Assembly: GCA_030704615.1 (NCBI GenBank)
Contig: CM060733.1
Span: forward strand, 55,862,001 to 55,926,000
DNA: 64,000 nucleotides
Origin: Takakia lepidozioides
Taxonomy: Eukaryota; Plantae; Bryophyta
Direction: 5' to 3'
Made by a program: the position numbers and the translations under genes. Below the pieces are notes generated by a model. The model saw nothing but the letters and a program-made list of their open reading frames with translations, was not told the DNA's origin and ran no database searches. This document shows, piece after piece, positions 1 to 11,344 of this stretch. Within the stretch, counting starts at the first letter, position 1. Every line of letters starts with the position of its first letter.

Positions 1-463
1 TTTCCTTTGCACCTCTCCAGGGAGTGCCATCTGGTCTCTTGAGAGTCTGACTGGACTGCATGAAGTTGTACAAAATGTCATCGACATGCGGCTCATATGG
101 GAGGTTGACGAAACAACCCTGGTCAGAAAATCTCAAAGCTGCGGACGGAGGATGGTGTCTTTGAGGTGCGAATCCTCCGCAGGCAGATCGCCTCGAACAT
201 CCTCATCTGCCAAAGACTGCAGGTTAGGGTGGTAAACACAAACTATAATGGAAGTTTGTACATTGGCTATTCAAAACACAGGCATACAACAATCTGTTTT
301 GTCACTAATCTGTGATGATCGGTGTCGATCATTACAGATCCTTCTAGAGTGGAGTTGTAGATAATAGACCATCCCGACTATAGAGGAGGGAATCAGACGT
401 CAGCACGTGTCACATCGCGATTTTGACACGTGGTTCCTCATATCAATTGACACGCGTCGCTGT

Positions 464-494
464 TGGGGGGGGGGGGGGGTTGGGATTTAATTTA

Positions 495-530
<36 letters not shown>
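464..530. repeat. Poly-G run followed by (TTA)n microsatellite
   Basis: G-run at ~464-479 and ttattatta... at ~490-530, read directly. Confidence 0.9.
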
Positions 531-531
<1 letters not shown>

Positions 532-659
532 TTTGACCAACAGGGGACAGTGGCACATAATTAAATAACAAATTTTGAAATTATTTTCTTAGATAAAATA
601 TTTATTCGCTCAGATACCAAAACACACCCTTGCGGGGAAGGAGAGTTTGCCTTAGTGCC

Positions 660-1925
660 TATGCTGAATTGAGTCTGCTACTCTCTGTAATCTAACAGGC
701 ATTCACCTTTTTGCCTCTGTTGTCCCACCATTGACTGGGGTCAGAAAAGTTCATTCCACAGCTTCTCCTCATCTCTGTTATTTGTTTATGGATACTCTCC
801 TATTGTCACTTTGGCAGTATCATGTTAAAGTCACTCCAAACTATCTACCATCTACCCATGACCATCTACCCATGCCCTTCGCTCAGATAAAAGTTGTTGG
901 CTGAACGTAGAGATATAACTTTGGTCCTTCAGCTCTGCTCATATCCCGAGCCTATGCCGAACCTGGAATCTGGCTTGTAGCTATCCTTCCACAGGGAATC
1001 ATCGGTAATCTGGAGCTTAAAATCCGGCTCTCTTTTGGATGATCTGGACCCACACTCTATCCTTGCTCCTTCAACTATTCATGCCTCTGCACAGATCATG
1101 CTTATATCCTTGCATTGCTGTTAGCAGCTGACAATGACAGCCTACATTTTTTCCAACAAACACCCAACTCAACTTATCACACTAGTTCTTATTCTCAATT
1201 GCATCTGCTACTCTTTGTAATCCAACAAGCATTTACCTTTTTGCCTCGGTTGTCCCACCATTGACTGGGGTCAGAAAAATATTCATTCCACAGCTTCCCC
1301 TCATCTCCGTTAACTGTTTTTCGATATTTTCCTGTTGTGACATTGGCAATATCATGTCAAAGTCACTCCAAACTAGATTCACTCAACCAGCTAACTTGCA
1401 GACATTGAAATTTAGGGCCCGTTTTTATAAGAGGGAAAAACAGGGTGAAATGTGTTGAAGAAAGTGCCTTTATTAGCAGTGCCTGATTTTATCAATTGTG
1501 CCGCTACACCTGCGGCTTCCAGTTCACCATCTACCCATGCAGGTTTCTTATAGCTATTGATCCACATATAATCATAGGAAATCATGTGCTTGAAATCTGG
1601 CCCTCTTGGATGAATCTGGACCCATACTCTATCCCTGCTCTTTCAGCTATCACTGCTTCTGCACAAATCATGCATACTTCCTTGCCTTCCAGCTGATAAT
1701 GACAGCCTAGATTTGTTCTAGGAAACACCCAACTCAGCTTATCACACTAGTTCTTATGCTGAATTGCGTCTGCTCTCTATAATCTAACAGGCATTAACCT
1801 TTTTCCCTCGGTTGTCCCACCATTGACTGGGGTTGGAAAAGTATTCATTCCACAACTTCTCCTCGTCTCTGTGACCTGTTTCTAGATACTTTCCTGTTGT
1901 CACATTGGTAGTATCATGTCAAAGT
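660..1925 (-). mobile_element. Three tandem degenerate copies of a LINE-like (AP-endonuclease) fragment
   Basis: The block ttgtcccaccattgactggggtcagaaaa recurs at ~720, ~1250 and ~1812. The minus strand gives W(S/G)DFNMI, EEKLWNEL, an SRL-like motif and an (S/P)DHP motif resembling an APE domain, with many stops. Confidence 0.55.
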
Positions 1926-2945
1926 TTAGATCGACATCTAGTACAATTCCAGCTTGGACGATGATACCACAAACCTCTTTGCTATTTTGCAGGGCTGCCA
2001 TGCTTGCACACATGTTGCAAACGTAATAAACGCGATGTGGTTGCGCTGCAGTATCCCTGCCCACACCACTTGCTCATAGACCTCTCCAAAGGGCCTCCAT
2101 CCCGCGCCGCTGTTGTGCATATCCTGGGATCATCATCCTCCATGCACCCCAATTTGGCATACAAGTCCACAAGGGCATAGTTCAGAACAACATTTGTTTA
2201 ATTCCAGCTTGGACGATGTCATCACAAACCCCGTCTTCACTCATTGCCTACTCTAGTTAAGTGCAATTATGGGCTAGGCTGGTACCACATCTCATTCAGC
2301 CATATTATCAAAACAGCCACGTATCCTTGTAGTTGCACCCTGCAACCTTGGCATACATGTCCACTACGGCAACGTTCATAATCACATCAGATACAATACC
2401 AGCTTTGACAATATCACTGTGGACCTCTGTACCCTTTTCCAGGGCTTCCAGGCGTGCATTTGACATACATATCCACCAAGGCAGTGTTTAGAGTGACATC
2501 TAGTGGTACAATTCCAGATTTGATGATGGACCTTTGCGTCCTTTCCAGGGCTACCAGGCTCGCATTTGACATACATGTACACCAGGGGAATGTTCAGAAT
2601 GACATCAGGTACAATTCCAGCTTTGATGATGTCACCATGAACCTCTTGGCCCCTTCCCAGGGCTGCTAGGCTCGCATATGCATATTAACAAACACAAATG
2701 AACATGACCTGGTTTGGCTTCATCATTTCCCACTTCATTTGTTCTTAGGTTTCCAAAGCCTTACTCCCACACCTATGCTACACACACCTTACAATCATGG
2801 CAGTCCACAACACCACATCTCATTTAGCCATGTTGTCAAACTCTCCCTTTGCATCAGGCTTGCTGCACCCACATTTGGCATACATGTCCACTAGGGCAGT
2901 GGTCAGAATGACAACTAGTACAATTTCAGCTTTGACGATGGCACA
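1925..2945 (-). pseudogene. Highly degenerate PLS-class PPR repeats
   Basis: Minus-strand remnants (DLYAKLG, VDMYAK, GIVPDVILN, EVYEQ) match the repeat unit of the PPR genes at 57-62 kb. Many frameshifts. Confidence 0.8.
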
Positions 2946-2994
2946 TGGCCAAGAGATATCCCAATATCCCGCTACCAATGGGTTCAATGCATAC

Positions 2995-3330
2995 TCTTGT
3001 CACATTGGCAGTATCATGTCAAAGTCAATCCAACTAGATTCACTCAACCAGCTAACTTGCAGAATTCAACATGAAAATTTAGGGCCGATTCTGATAAGAA
3101 GGGAAAATAGGGTGAAATGTGTTTCAGAAGGTGCCTTCATTAGCAGTGCTTGATTTTATCAATTGTGTCGCTGCTGCTGCGGCTTCCAATTGACCATCTA
3201 CCCATGCAAGTTTCTTGTATCTATCCTTCCACAGGGAATCATAGATAATCTGGAGCTTGAAATCTGGCCCTCTTCCACACTCTGTCCCTGCTCCTTTAGC
3301 TATCTATGCCTCTGCACAAAATCATGCATA
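2995..3330 (-). mobile_element. Further fragment of the same LINE-like repeat
   Basis: Near-copy of ~1335-1680 (cacattggcagtatcatgtcaaagtca...ctatccttccacagggaatc). Confidence 0.55.
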
Positions 3331-3344
3331 CAACAATCATTCCA

Positions 3345-3910
3345 GCAAACACCGCACCATCGTGAAGGATCTTTAAAAATCTCATGCCAGCTCTGCTCCG
3401 TGCTGCAAATGAAGGGCCGAGTCTGATGAGAGGGCAAAACAGGCTGAAATAGGTCGAAGAAGAAGGTGCCCTCACCACATTGTCAAGGTCATGACCCATG
3501 GAGGATTCGACTGACCATGAACCCAAGAGGACCTCTTGTGTGTGCTGCTTGTGTCTGTAGTTAGGTAATGTCGGATTGGTCAGTTAGAACCACCATGGTG
3601 CAGCTGAGTGGGCAGAGATTGAAACACGGCCTGCTAAGACCAAGCTAACTCTCCCAAGAACCTTGTAAACATCAGGAAGAATACAAAATCATGGTACTAA
3701 TAGGAGCCAACAACCCACATTTGCAAGATGGACAAACTTCTTCACATCGTACATTAAGAAAAAGCCACACCTTGCGATTGCAGTTGTCCCACCATCGTGA
3801 AGGATCTTTAAGAAACTCATGCTAGGTCTGCTCCGTGCTGTAAAATCAGAGCCGAGCCGGTAGAGATTGAAACGCGGCCTGCTAAGACGAAGCTGACTCT
3901 CCCAAGAACG
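3345..3910. repeat. Local direct duplication
   Basis: caccatcgtgaaggatcttta...ctgctccgtgctg at ~3355 and ~3790; agagattgaaac.cggcctgctaagac at ~3614 and ~3862. Confidence 0.75.
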
Positions 3911-4396
3911 GCGAGCTCCCAGCCGAAACCTAAACCCTGTCACATCACTTGCTTCAAGAGCTCGCAAATTCCAGTTGACTTCTATTTGACTTAATATCAT
4001 GTACGTTACAAGCTGGGAAATGATCTCAAGTTAGAGGTCCAGAGGTTGCCTGCAGCAGCTAAGCTTGGGAGGTCAACACAAATGTATGACGACTTATACA
4101 AGCAAAAAGATGTGCATGGCAGCAGTACAGTTGAAGCTGGAATGATTCTAGAGATCTTGGAATGTAGATAAGTACTCTACTCTTACTTCGGGAACGATTG
4201 TGATGGATTCGATGCACCAGTTATAAAAATTCCCAAGAGTAAAGGGCGAAATGAACCTTCAGAAAGGTAGCACCTGCAGAGGGCACGCTCTTGAACATGT
4301 CTCCACCGACTAGCTTCACTCCTGCACCCATTACAACGCACCCATGGTTACCCCAGAATGCCCTGCGTAAATTGAACAATATGAGGAGCTTTTTGG

Positions 4397-4736
4397 TCAC
4401 ACTCGTAGAATCAAGTTATGATTATGGTCCAAGCTCAGCTTCTCTCTCCGCCTCTTCATAACTATTCCAATGGTAATCCTGCTCTGAATACCCGAAGTTC
4501 TTTTCGCAAGTAACCTTCTCAGTGTCGATTCAACAGAACCGGTACATCTGATTCCACTTACGACTATATGTATACACGTTGTGTCATGGATTGTCCTTTG
4601 TTCGAAGTTCGAACACTCCCTAACTGCAACACCAGAAGAAGGCCCTGTCTGACTACAAAACATGGTACAGAATTGTTGGACACTAAAGAGGTCCGCAGTC
4701 TTCCTACTCATGTTGCAACTAGTGGTCACTGAATCC
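4397..4736 (-). pseudogene. 3' part of an unknown ORF probably separated from its ATG (11320) by an inversion
   Basis: ORF 4397..4729 starts at GTG. Joined to ATGGCTTCCTCTGAAGCGGAGTTC at 11320-11343 it reads [21 protein letters not shown]..., within 1 bp of the breakpoint. Confidence 0.4.
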
Positions 4737-6082
4737 AGGGGACTGCTCCAGTATAAGCAAAAACGTCTCTATGTGCCGATGGGAGGGATCAGAGATAGTC
4801 TCTTGAGAGAATGCCATGATGGCCCGCTTGCAGGCCACGGTGGAGCCAAGCGCACCGCGGCACTCCTGAATAAAGAGTATTTCTGGCCCAAACTGAGGGA
4901 GGAGGCCGAGGAGTATGTCAAGACATGCACCACATGCCAACAAAACCAGAGCGAGTACAAAAAACAAGCGGGGCTGTCACAACCCTTGCCAATTCCAGAG
5001 GGGTCTTGGGAAAGTGTCTCGATGGACTTCATGACTGCTATGCCGCTGTCAAAAAGATTCGACGCAATCATGGTGGTGGTGGATAGGTTCAGTAAAATGG
5101 GTCATTTCATCCCCACCAAGGAGACGGCAACGGTGCAGGAGACGGGGCAACTTTACTTCGCCCACATCTTCAAACATCATGGACTCCCGAAGGATATTGT
5201 CTCGGACCGCGATCCAAAGTTTACTAGTAAATTTTGGAGGGTACTTTGGAAGAAAATGGGGACGAGGCTCAAAATGAGCACCGCCTTCTGACCTACGACG
5301 GATGGCCAAATGGAAAGGGTGAATTCCGTGGTGAAGCAGATCTTGCGGAATTACGTGTCGGCAGACCAATCGGACTGGGTGGAGCACTTGGATGCGGCAG
5401 AGTTCTGTTATAATAACACAAAACATTCCACAACAGGAGTTTCCCCTTTCGTATTGGTCTATAGAAAAGCACCTCTGGTGCCGACAAGTTCTAAGACGTT
5501 GAGGAACCGGCAGCTGCGGCAGTGCTGGAAGAACGCGAGCGTTTGTTGAAGCTCGCAAAGTACAACATTGCCAAAGCTAGGAAACGGTATGAACAGCAGG
5601 CAAATCAGAAGTGGAGGGAGGTTAAGTTTGAGGCAGGCACGGAGGTCTGGTTGAACATCAAAAAAATTCGACTACCTCCGGAAGTGAGTCCGAAGTTCAA
5701 ACCTCCATATGCGGGACCCTTTCGCATCCGGAAGGTTATGAATGAGGATGTGTATGAATTGGAGCTACCGGCAAACAGCAAGGTGCATCCGGTATTCCAC
5801 GTCTCCCTTTTGAAGCCTTACTTCAAAGATGAAGCGCGTCCGAATCGACCTCAAGTGTTGCGTCCGCCACCTGTGTTGTTGGATCATGAAAATGAACGTG
5901 AATACGAGGTGGAGGCAGTGCTTAAGTCGAGGAGGTTCAAGAATCGAGAAACGGAGTATCTCGTGAAATGGAAGGGCTATCATCATGTGGAGGCATCTTG
6001 GGTGCGTGCCTTAGTAATGGGAAACGCATTCGAGGCGGTTGCAGCTTTCGAAGGGCGACCTCAAAAACGGAAGAAGCGTTAA
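4737..6082 (+). mobile_element. Ty3/gypsy chromovirus pol 3' half: integrase plus chromodomain (decayed)
   Basis: Zn-binding H-x6-H...CxxC (ECHDGPLAGH...CTTC), SMDF...VVVDRFSK...SDRDPKF...TDGQMER core, GPF motif, chromodomain EYEVEAVL...YLVKWKGY...ASW. In-frame stop at ~5291 and frameshift at ~5500. Confidence 0.95.
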
Positions 6083-6116
6083 TGGGGACATCAACCTTAG
6101 AGCGTGGGGGAGGAAA

Positions 6117-7712
6117 TGCATGCTTAGCCTGGCTTAGCTAGCTCAGGAATCCAATTGCAAAAACTTGTATTGTACAAATTTTGTTATAAAAGAAATGGTT
6201 TCCAAATGTTGTGCGTCCTATTTTGTTTGGAATGGTGATGCATCGTATGGTTGGCTAGTGTGTAGAATGCATGCTAAGCTTACAAAGTGGGAGAGGTAAA
6301 TTGGATCAATCGTGTGTTTGTGTAGTGCCAAAATCGGGTGACTCCCACCCAAGGGGCAAGGTAACTTGCACCTTCGTTGGGAGTTCACGTGCTAGTGCGC
6401 ACCTGGCGCGTGCGCGTACTATAACTGCGCTACCGAGGGGGTTGCCTTGCAGTGCGGGCTAATGCAGAAGCTACGTGCTTCCGTTCATGTACTATAATCG
6501 TGTAGCCTCAGGACGAAGTCGTAGTGCGGCTTCGGCGTGTTCCCGTACCTCAAGCCAGCATTCCAACGCAGACCCAATTGTAGTGATTGAGGCGCACGGT
6601 TGGTTCAAGGTTACCTTTCTAGTCAAAAAGGGTTCAAGGCAAACCCTTGCTCAAGGTGATGCCAAAAGCGACATCACGAGCGGTCGCAAGCAAATGTTGT
6701 TGCAGTAAGGCGATTCGATCCTCGGGGAGGATCGATCCTTGGCCCTGAAGTGGGTCAAGAAGAGTGCACTGGGAGGAGCTTGAGAGGCTCCACCCTTGGC
6801 CGGGACTTGGAGGAAGTCGGTCGAACTAGCTAGTGGAGAGAAGAGTCAAGTGGGGGTTTGGTTCTTAGCCATGGGACGCCATGGTGCGGAAACAAACTCC
6901 TTGATGTGGGACGCCACAACTTGGATGTTCGTTTCTACAAAATGGACAAGTCGATGAGGACATCGACTCCCTGTTGGTAAGGGTGTGTGTCGCGGCCCTT
7001 TGCCTTGAGGGCAAGGGGTCGGGTCGCAGAGGGGCTGCCCCTGTGGTGGGGGCGGTGGCAGCAATAGGTACAGGGGGCTGAAGCAGCCTCGAGTGCCCAA
7101 AGCACTCGAGGAGGCAGAGGCACTCACTAGGTGGAACCCCGCACACCGGGTTGCGGTGGGGGTGGCTCCACAAGGGGTGGTGGTAGCTTAGTGGGACTTA
7201 GTGGGGGTGGCATAGGACTCACCATGGGGGCGGAGACCTTGTGGTGGGAGTCGTGGGGAGTCTTGGGACTCATCACGGTCCAAGGGGACCGTGGTGGGTG
7301 GGCCAAGACTCACCGCGACTCATCACCGGGAATCGAGGGTTTTCGTGGTGGTTCGCCATAAAATGGTGGTGTTGTTTGTGAGACCCCCGCGGACAGTCAC
7401 AGAAGTATATATAGGGAGTAGTAACCCCGAGAACGGTGCAAGCCCGTTGGTGTCCAAAAACTAGTGAGTAAGCGTGCGAGCCGGAAAGCGACCAAGGTGT
7501 GGGGAGCTATTCCGGACTGCCATCGACCAAAGGGAATTTCCACTAGGCTCAAATTGGGAGAGGGTCTAGTGGAGGAGTAAATGGGGACCGTTATGCCCCG
7601 GTGAGCAGCCGACGCTCCGAATTGGCCCGGTGGCCAGTTTGGGAGTTAGGCGCACGCATCAAGCGAGTAACTATGACTTGAAGGGGAGCTTACCAAAGTG
7701 AGGTGCGCGACA
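6117..7712 (+). mobile_element. 3' LTR (~1.6 kb) of the chromovirus, preceded by a polypurine tract (~6100-6116)
   Basis: PPT gtgggggaggaaa, then TG...GCGCGACA. Positions 7332-7712 match the reverse complement of 14332-14710, with 10 substitutions and one 2-bp indel counted by eye. Confidence 0.9.
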
Positions 7713-8300
7713 ATCGACCTCGTTGAAACTCAGAGTGGTTTGGTGAACGAAGTTGTTACGTTTGGGATCGCAAACCATCCTCTTCAAAAATATGAAATAC
7801 AAATGTTTGCAAGGTATGAATCTACCTCTCTTGCCCAAACTGGTTGATAGCATATTCACAAAATCAGGACATGTGCAATTGGGGAAATTGGAAACCGTGA
7901 TGTCGTAGGCACAGGAGATGTTGAAGTGATCATTGTGTACACCCGACCATATCCTGGATTGGGCACTTCCGTGGTGCTTCCAACACGAGTTTTGAGCATT
8001 CTTGCGGACTCCACTTTGCCAAAGTGTTCAGCGGTTGGAGGGAAACGCCGAACGAGCTTTCCATCTCGTTTGGTTGGCCATTCTAAAGCTCAAACCGGGT
8101 AGCCAAGACATGTTCTAGAACAATTGCGAATCCATTGTCAAGGGCTTCCTTGGAGAACGGCACTGGTTTGTCATCCTTACCGCAACATTTACTGATTGAG
8201 CACATTTTTATTTTATTTTTTGCCTCGCAGGGGAAAGGAAGAGATTTAGTCAACAGAACTAAGAACCCTCCAAGGAGGAAGTCAACAAATTGAGCACATT
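7713..8300 (-). pseudogene. SWIM zinc-finger coding fragment interrupted by the LTR element
   Basis: YDITVSNFPNCTCPDF...RFIPCKHLYFIF (CxC...CxH). The frame ends abruptly at the LTR edge. Confidence 0.7.
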
Positions 8301-8364
8301 TCACATCTTCAAATCAGTGAACTTGAAAAACCAAGGGAATACGCGTATGCGACGGAGATACCAG

Positions 8365-8660
8365 GTAAGTGAGGAGCCAGCTCCACAACATGGGGTTGGT
8401 CGAAGCTGATGGCTTGAATGCTCGGATACTTTTTCACCAACATTTCCATGCACACTCCCACACCTCCTCCAACGTCTACAATGCTTCCAAGTCCCTTGAA
8501 CCCACTGTATGTGTTCAGAATATCCTGCATCGATGTGAGAGAAAGCGCCGTCATTGACCCATGGAACATTTTTCCATAATATTGGCCAGCCGCATCCTCC
8601 ATCCACTCGTAGAAGGATGTGCCATGAACTTTGGCGAAAGCACTTTCTCCCACACATACC
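8365..8660 (-). pseudogene. Isolated exon of a plant class II (COMT-like) SAM-dependent O-methyltransferase
   Basis: GESAFAKVHGTSFYEW...FHGSM...YSGFKGLGSIVDVGGGVG...KYPSIQAISFDQPHVV..APHLPG then gtatct donor. No other OMT exons seen in the window. Confidence 0.85.
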
Positions 8661-9977
8661 CTAGCGTTTCTAGGGTTGATTGCTTCAGATGCGAAGGTTG
8701 CTCCAACTGCGGGCCTCCCATGCATGTTTGCCCTCACTCCCGCTCGCTCGCTCTAAGTCCCAGCCCTCTCTCTCTCTCCCTCCCGCTTGCTCTAAGTTTG
8801 TTCACGCTACCGTGATGGGCAACTTGTTAAGTTTTTTAACCTTTTTGTAAACCCTAAAAACCCCTTTTTGATTCTTTTGATTTTTTTTCTTTTCTTAAAG
8901 GAAACCACAGGCCCTTGAGGAGGGGGAAAAATTCACCCGCCTTCATTTATGGGCCATAAGACCTACATGACGATCAATGCCCATACATACTGTCACGAAC
9001 AATCCCACACACGGGATAAGGGCAGCGGGTTTGAACCCCAAACCACCAGGGCGACACACTGTGCCACTTACCAGCCGATGCATTTTAAAAAAAATCTTTT
9101 TGCACTTTGTCAGACTCTGACCACTCCGTTTTTTCAAAATATAAATACTCATATATTATATATATAACCAGAAAATCATGTGTCGACACGTGCAGTCATG
9201 TAGTGATTCATCCATGTGATGATCTGGCAGAATGCATTAGAGTGAGAGTCATGAAGTCATATGTCTGTCTAGCAATATGTACACGTCATTCCAGTGTAGC
9301 CATGACCGTGACTGGTAGTCATATCTGCCATGCCAATATTCGTGGTCAAACATGTTTGACCTGTTTTGCGCAGAGTTCGGAGCCATACAGTCGCATATAC
9401 GCCTTCCCCAGACCTGCATTATGACTTCAAAAGCATTTTACGATTGCAAATGGCATTTCTGCCACAAATCTGTCATGACTGCGCACCCATGGGAATCATA
9501 AAAGCCGCAATCTGTTGTAGTGTGATGATCGTCACAAACAATCACTGTTTCTTGTCTGTCTCGAACGTATTTTGCAATCGATACTCTACATGAATCTACA
9601 GTATGGTCTCAAAAAAAGTGATTGGTAGTACCGCAATTCCACTTTCCTAATCTGCTCAACCTCAAACAGAGAAAATGCAATGCAAGACTATATGACTGGG
9701 GATCATAGTTACTTTCGGCACCGACACTCACTTTCTGTTGTATCAGAATGAGAGTTTTGAAAAGATAGAGAATGACGTTGCCGACAATCACAGGTTCCTG
9801 CTACAGAATGAAAGAGAAGGAGTGCTTGAAAGGCAATCAGACTGACTCTATGATCTGAAGAACAGTGAATGGTGGTACCGCCAGTCACATACTGCTGGTG
9901 TGGAAAACCATAAACAAATTTCTCACAATGCAAATCAACATGGCTTCATAGCGATGGTCGGTACCGACCATCACTTT

Positions 9978-10559
9978 CTAGGACATTGCACTCACTCTCT
10001 TCGTAGATCTGTAAACAGGAAATGGAAGGTAGAGAACATTTACTGGCACCTTCTTAGGTTTTGAATTTGGATCCCTTTCTGCAGTTTTCTTTTTCCCTCT
10101 CACATCTACTGGAATTTCTGTCTGCTCTAGGGTTTGTAGACTTTCTCCCGGTTCAGCGTTCCCCGGACTTCCACCTCCTTCAGTTTCCTTGTGAATCAGC
10201 TCTGCTTCCATAGTCTGGTTTCCAACGCTCACTGTTATCTCTGACTGTGTGGCAGCTGCAACCTCATTCTCGGTCTGCTCTTGTGTTGCAGTCTCCGCGT
10301 TCACTTGCTGCCTTGGCCGTGTGTTCTCCATTACATAACGCCTCGTCATTTGCTCTCTTGCTTTGAGTCTCTCTCTAAGGGAAGTAAAATAAAGTGACTT
10401 CCTTCTCTTTCGTATCATAGAAGGAACCCTCTCCAGTTTGACTACCTCTCTCCCTCTAAGTGCGGAAACTAGAAAGACAAAGTGACTCTCGATTTCTTGC
10501 GGAGTTGCGTGCGTTGGGGATTGTCTGTAGAAGCATCGGATTCCCTCACGCGTGACCAT
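9978..10559 (-). CDS. Hypothetical 193-aa ORF (basic N-half, acidic/Thr-rich C-half), possibly TE-derived
   Basis: ATG-initiated ORF with protein-like composition; no recognised domain. Confidence 0.3.
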   Translation of the reverse strand: MVTREGIRCFYRQSPTHATPQEIESHFVFLVSALRGREVVKLERVPSMIRKRRKSLYFTSLRERLKAREQMTRRYVMENTRPRQQVNAETATQEQTENEVAAATQSEITVSVGNQTMEAELIHKETEGGGSPGNAEPGESLQTLEQTEIPVDVRGKKKTAERDPNSKPKKVPVNVLYLPFPVYRSTKRVSAMS

Positions 10560-11344
10560 TACACAAATGTTGTTCCTTTATTAGTGCACCTGCCAGCCAT
10601 TAGTGGACAGCTGTTGGTCTGCAATGTAGTTATTGATGTCTGACGTGTGTCGCCCAAAATGAACGGCGTGTCGTTTATTTAAACGGTTTCAATAATTGAC
10701 AATAACAGCGACAGATATTATAGATAAATGTCACATTGCATATAAACAATTAGCTGGTCTGACTGCTCAGCCTCAGACAATGTCTATGCCATCAGAACCT
10801 TGGCACCGTGGAATAAAAAATATGGGACCATCTGGCGCACAATTTCAGACAAATAAATGTAAATGAACGAGTGTTTGATGACAAACTTTTGGATATCATA
10901 CACATTCATCCTTGTAAGCCAACCCCACGTTCGTTTCACAGTTTGGACTTTCCAGGTGCGCATGATCATTGGTAGTAGTATAAAGATGCATTTATTTCAT
11001 CTGCTATCCCACCCTCAGATCCTTTGGCACACTTCCGAGAAGTCGGCTAGTTATTATGCTTATTGATGAGGTTCTGAATAAAGGTTTAACAGCTACCGAA
11101 ATTGCTCCTAGGGATAGTCTGTCTACAGGGCCCACAAAAAAAAAAAATTAAAATGGACGGCTGCATGTCTGGAAGGAAGAACAGAATGTGCACAATCATC
11201 GTGTGAGCTTTCTCCGCGATATTCTCTGCTCATTCTTCAACAGTGTTCTGGAGACCTCGGTCAACAGATTTCACTGAAGATCTGCGATAGCGAGGCATCT
11301 TTGTACGAGAGGAGGGAAGATGGCTTCCTCTGAAGCGGAGTTCT

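Noticed and set aside
1-230. Possible minus-strand exon (…NLPYEPHVDDILYNFMQ…)
   Set aside because: Truncated by the window edge, contains an upstream stop, and has no recognisable motif.
4000-4335. Possible solo LTR (TGTA…TACA)
   Set aside because: The flanks (tatca / acgca) do not form a TSD and there is no second copy.
6271-7361. Several short ORFs
   Set aside because: They lie inside the GC-rich LTR and have no domains.
8915-8945. GGGTGAATTTTT as the missing left TIR of the Ulp1-MULE after undoing the inversion
   Set aside because: Similarity to the 33031 end is limited to ~12 bp and the flanks give no TSD.
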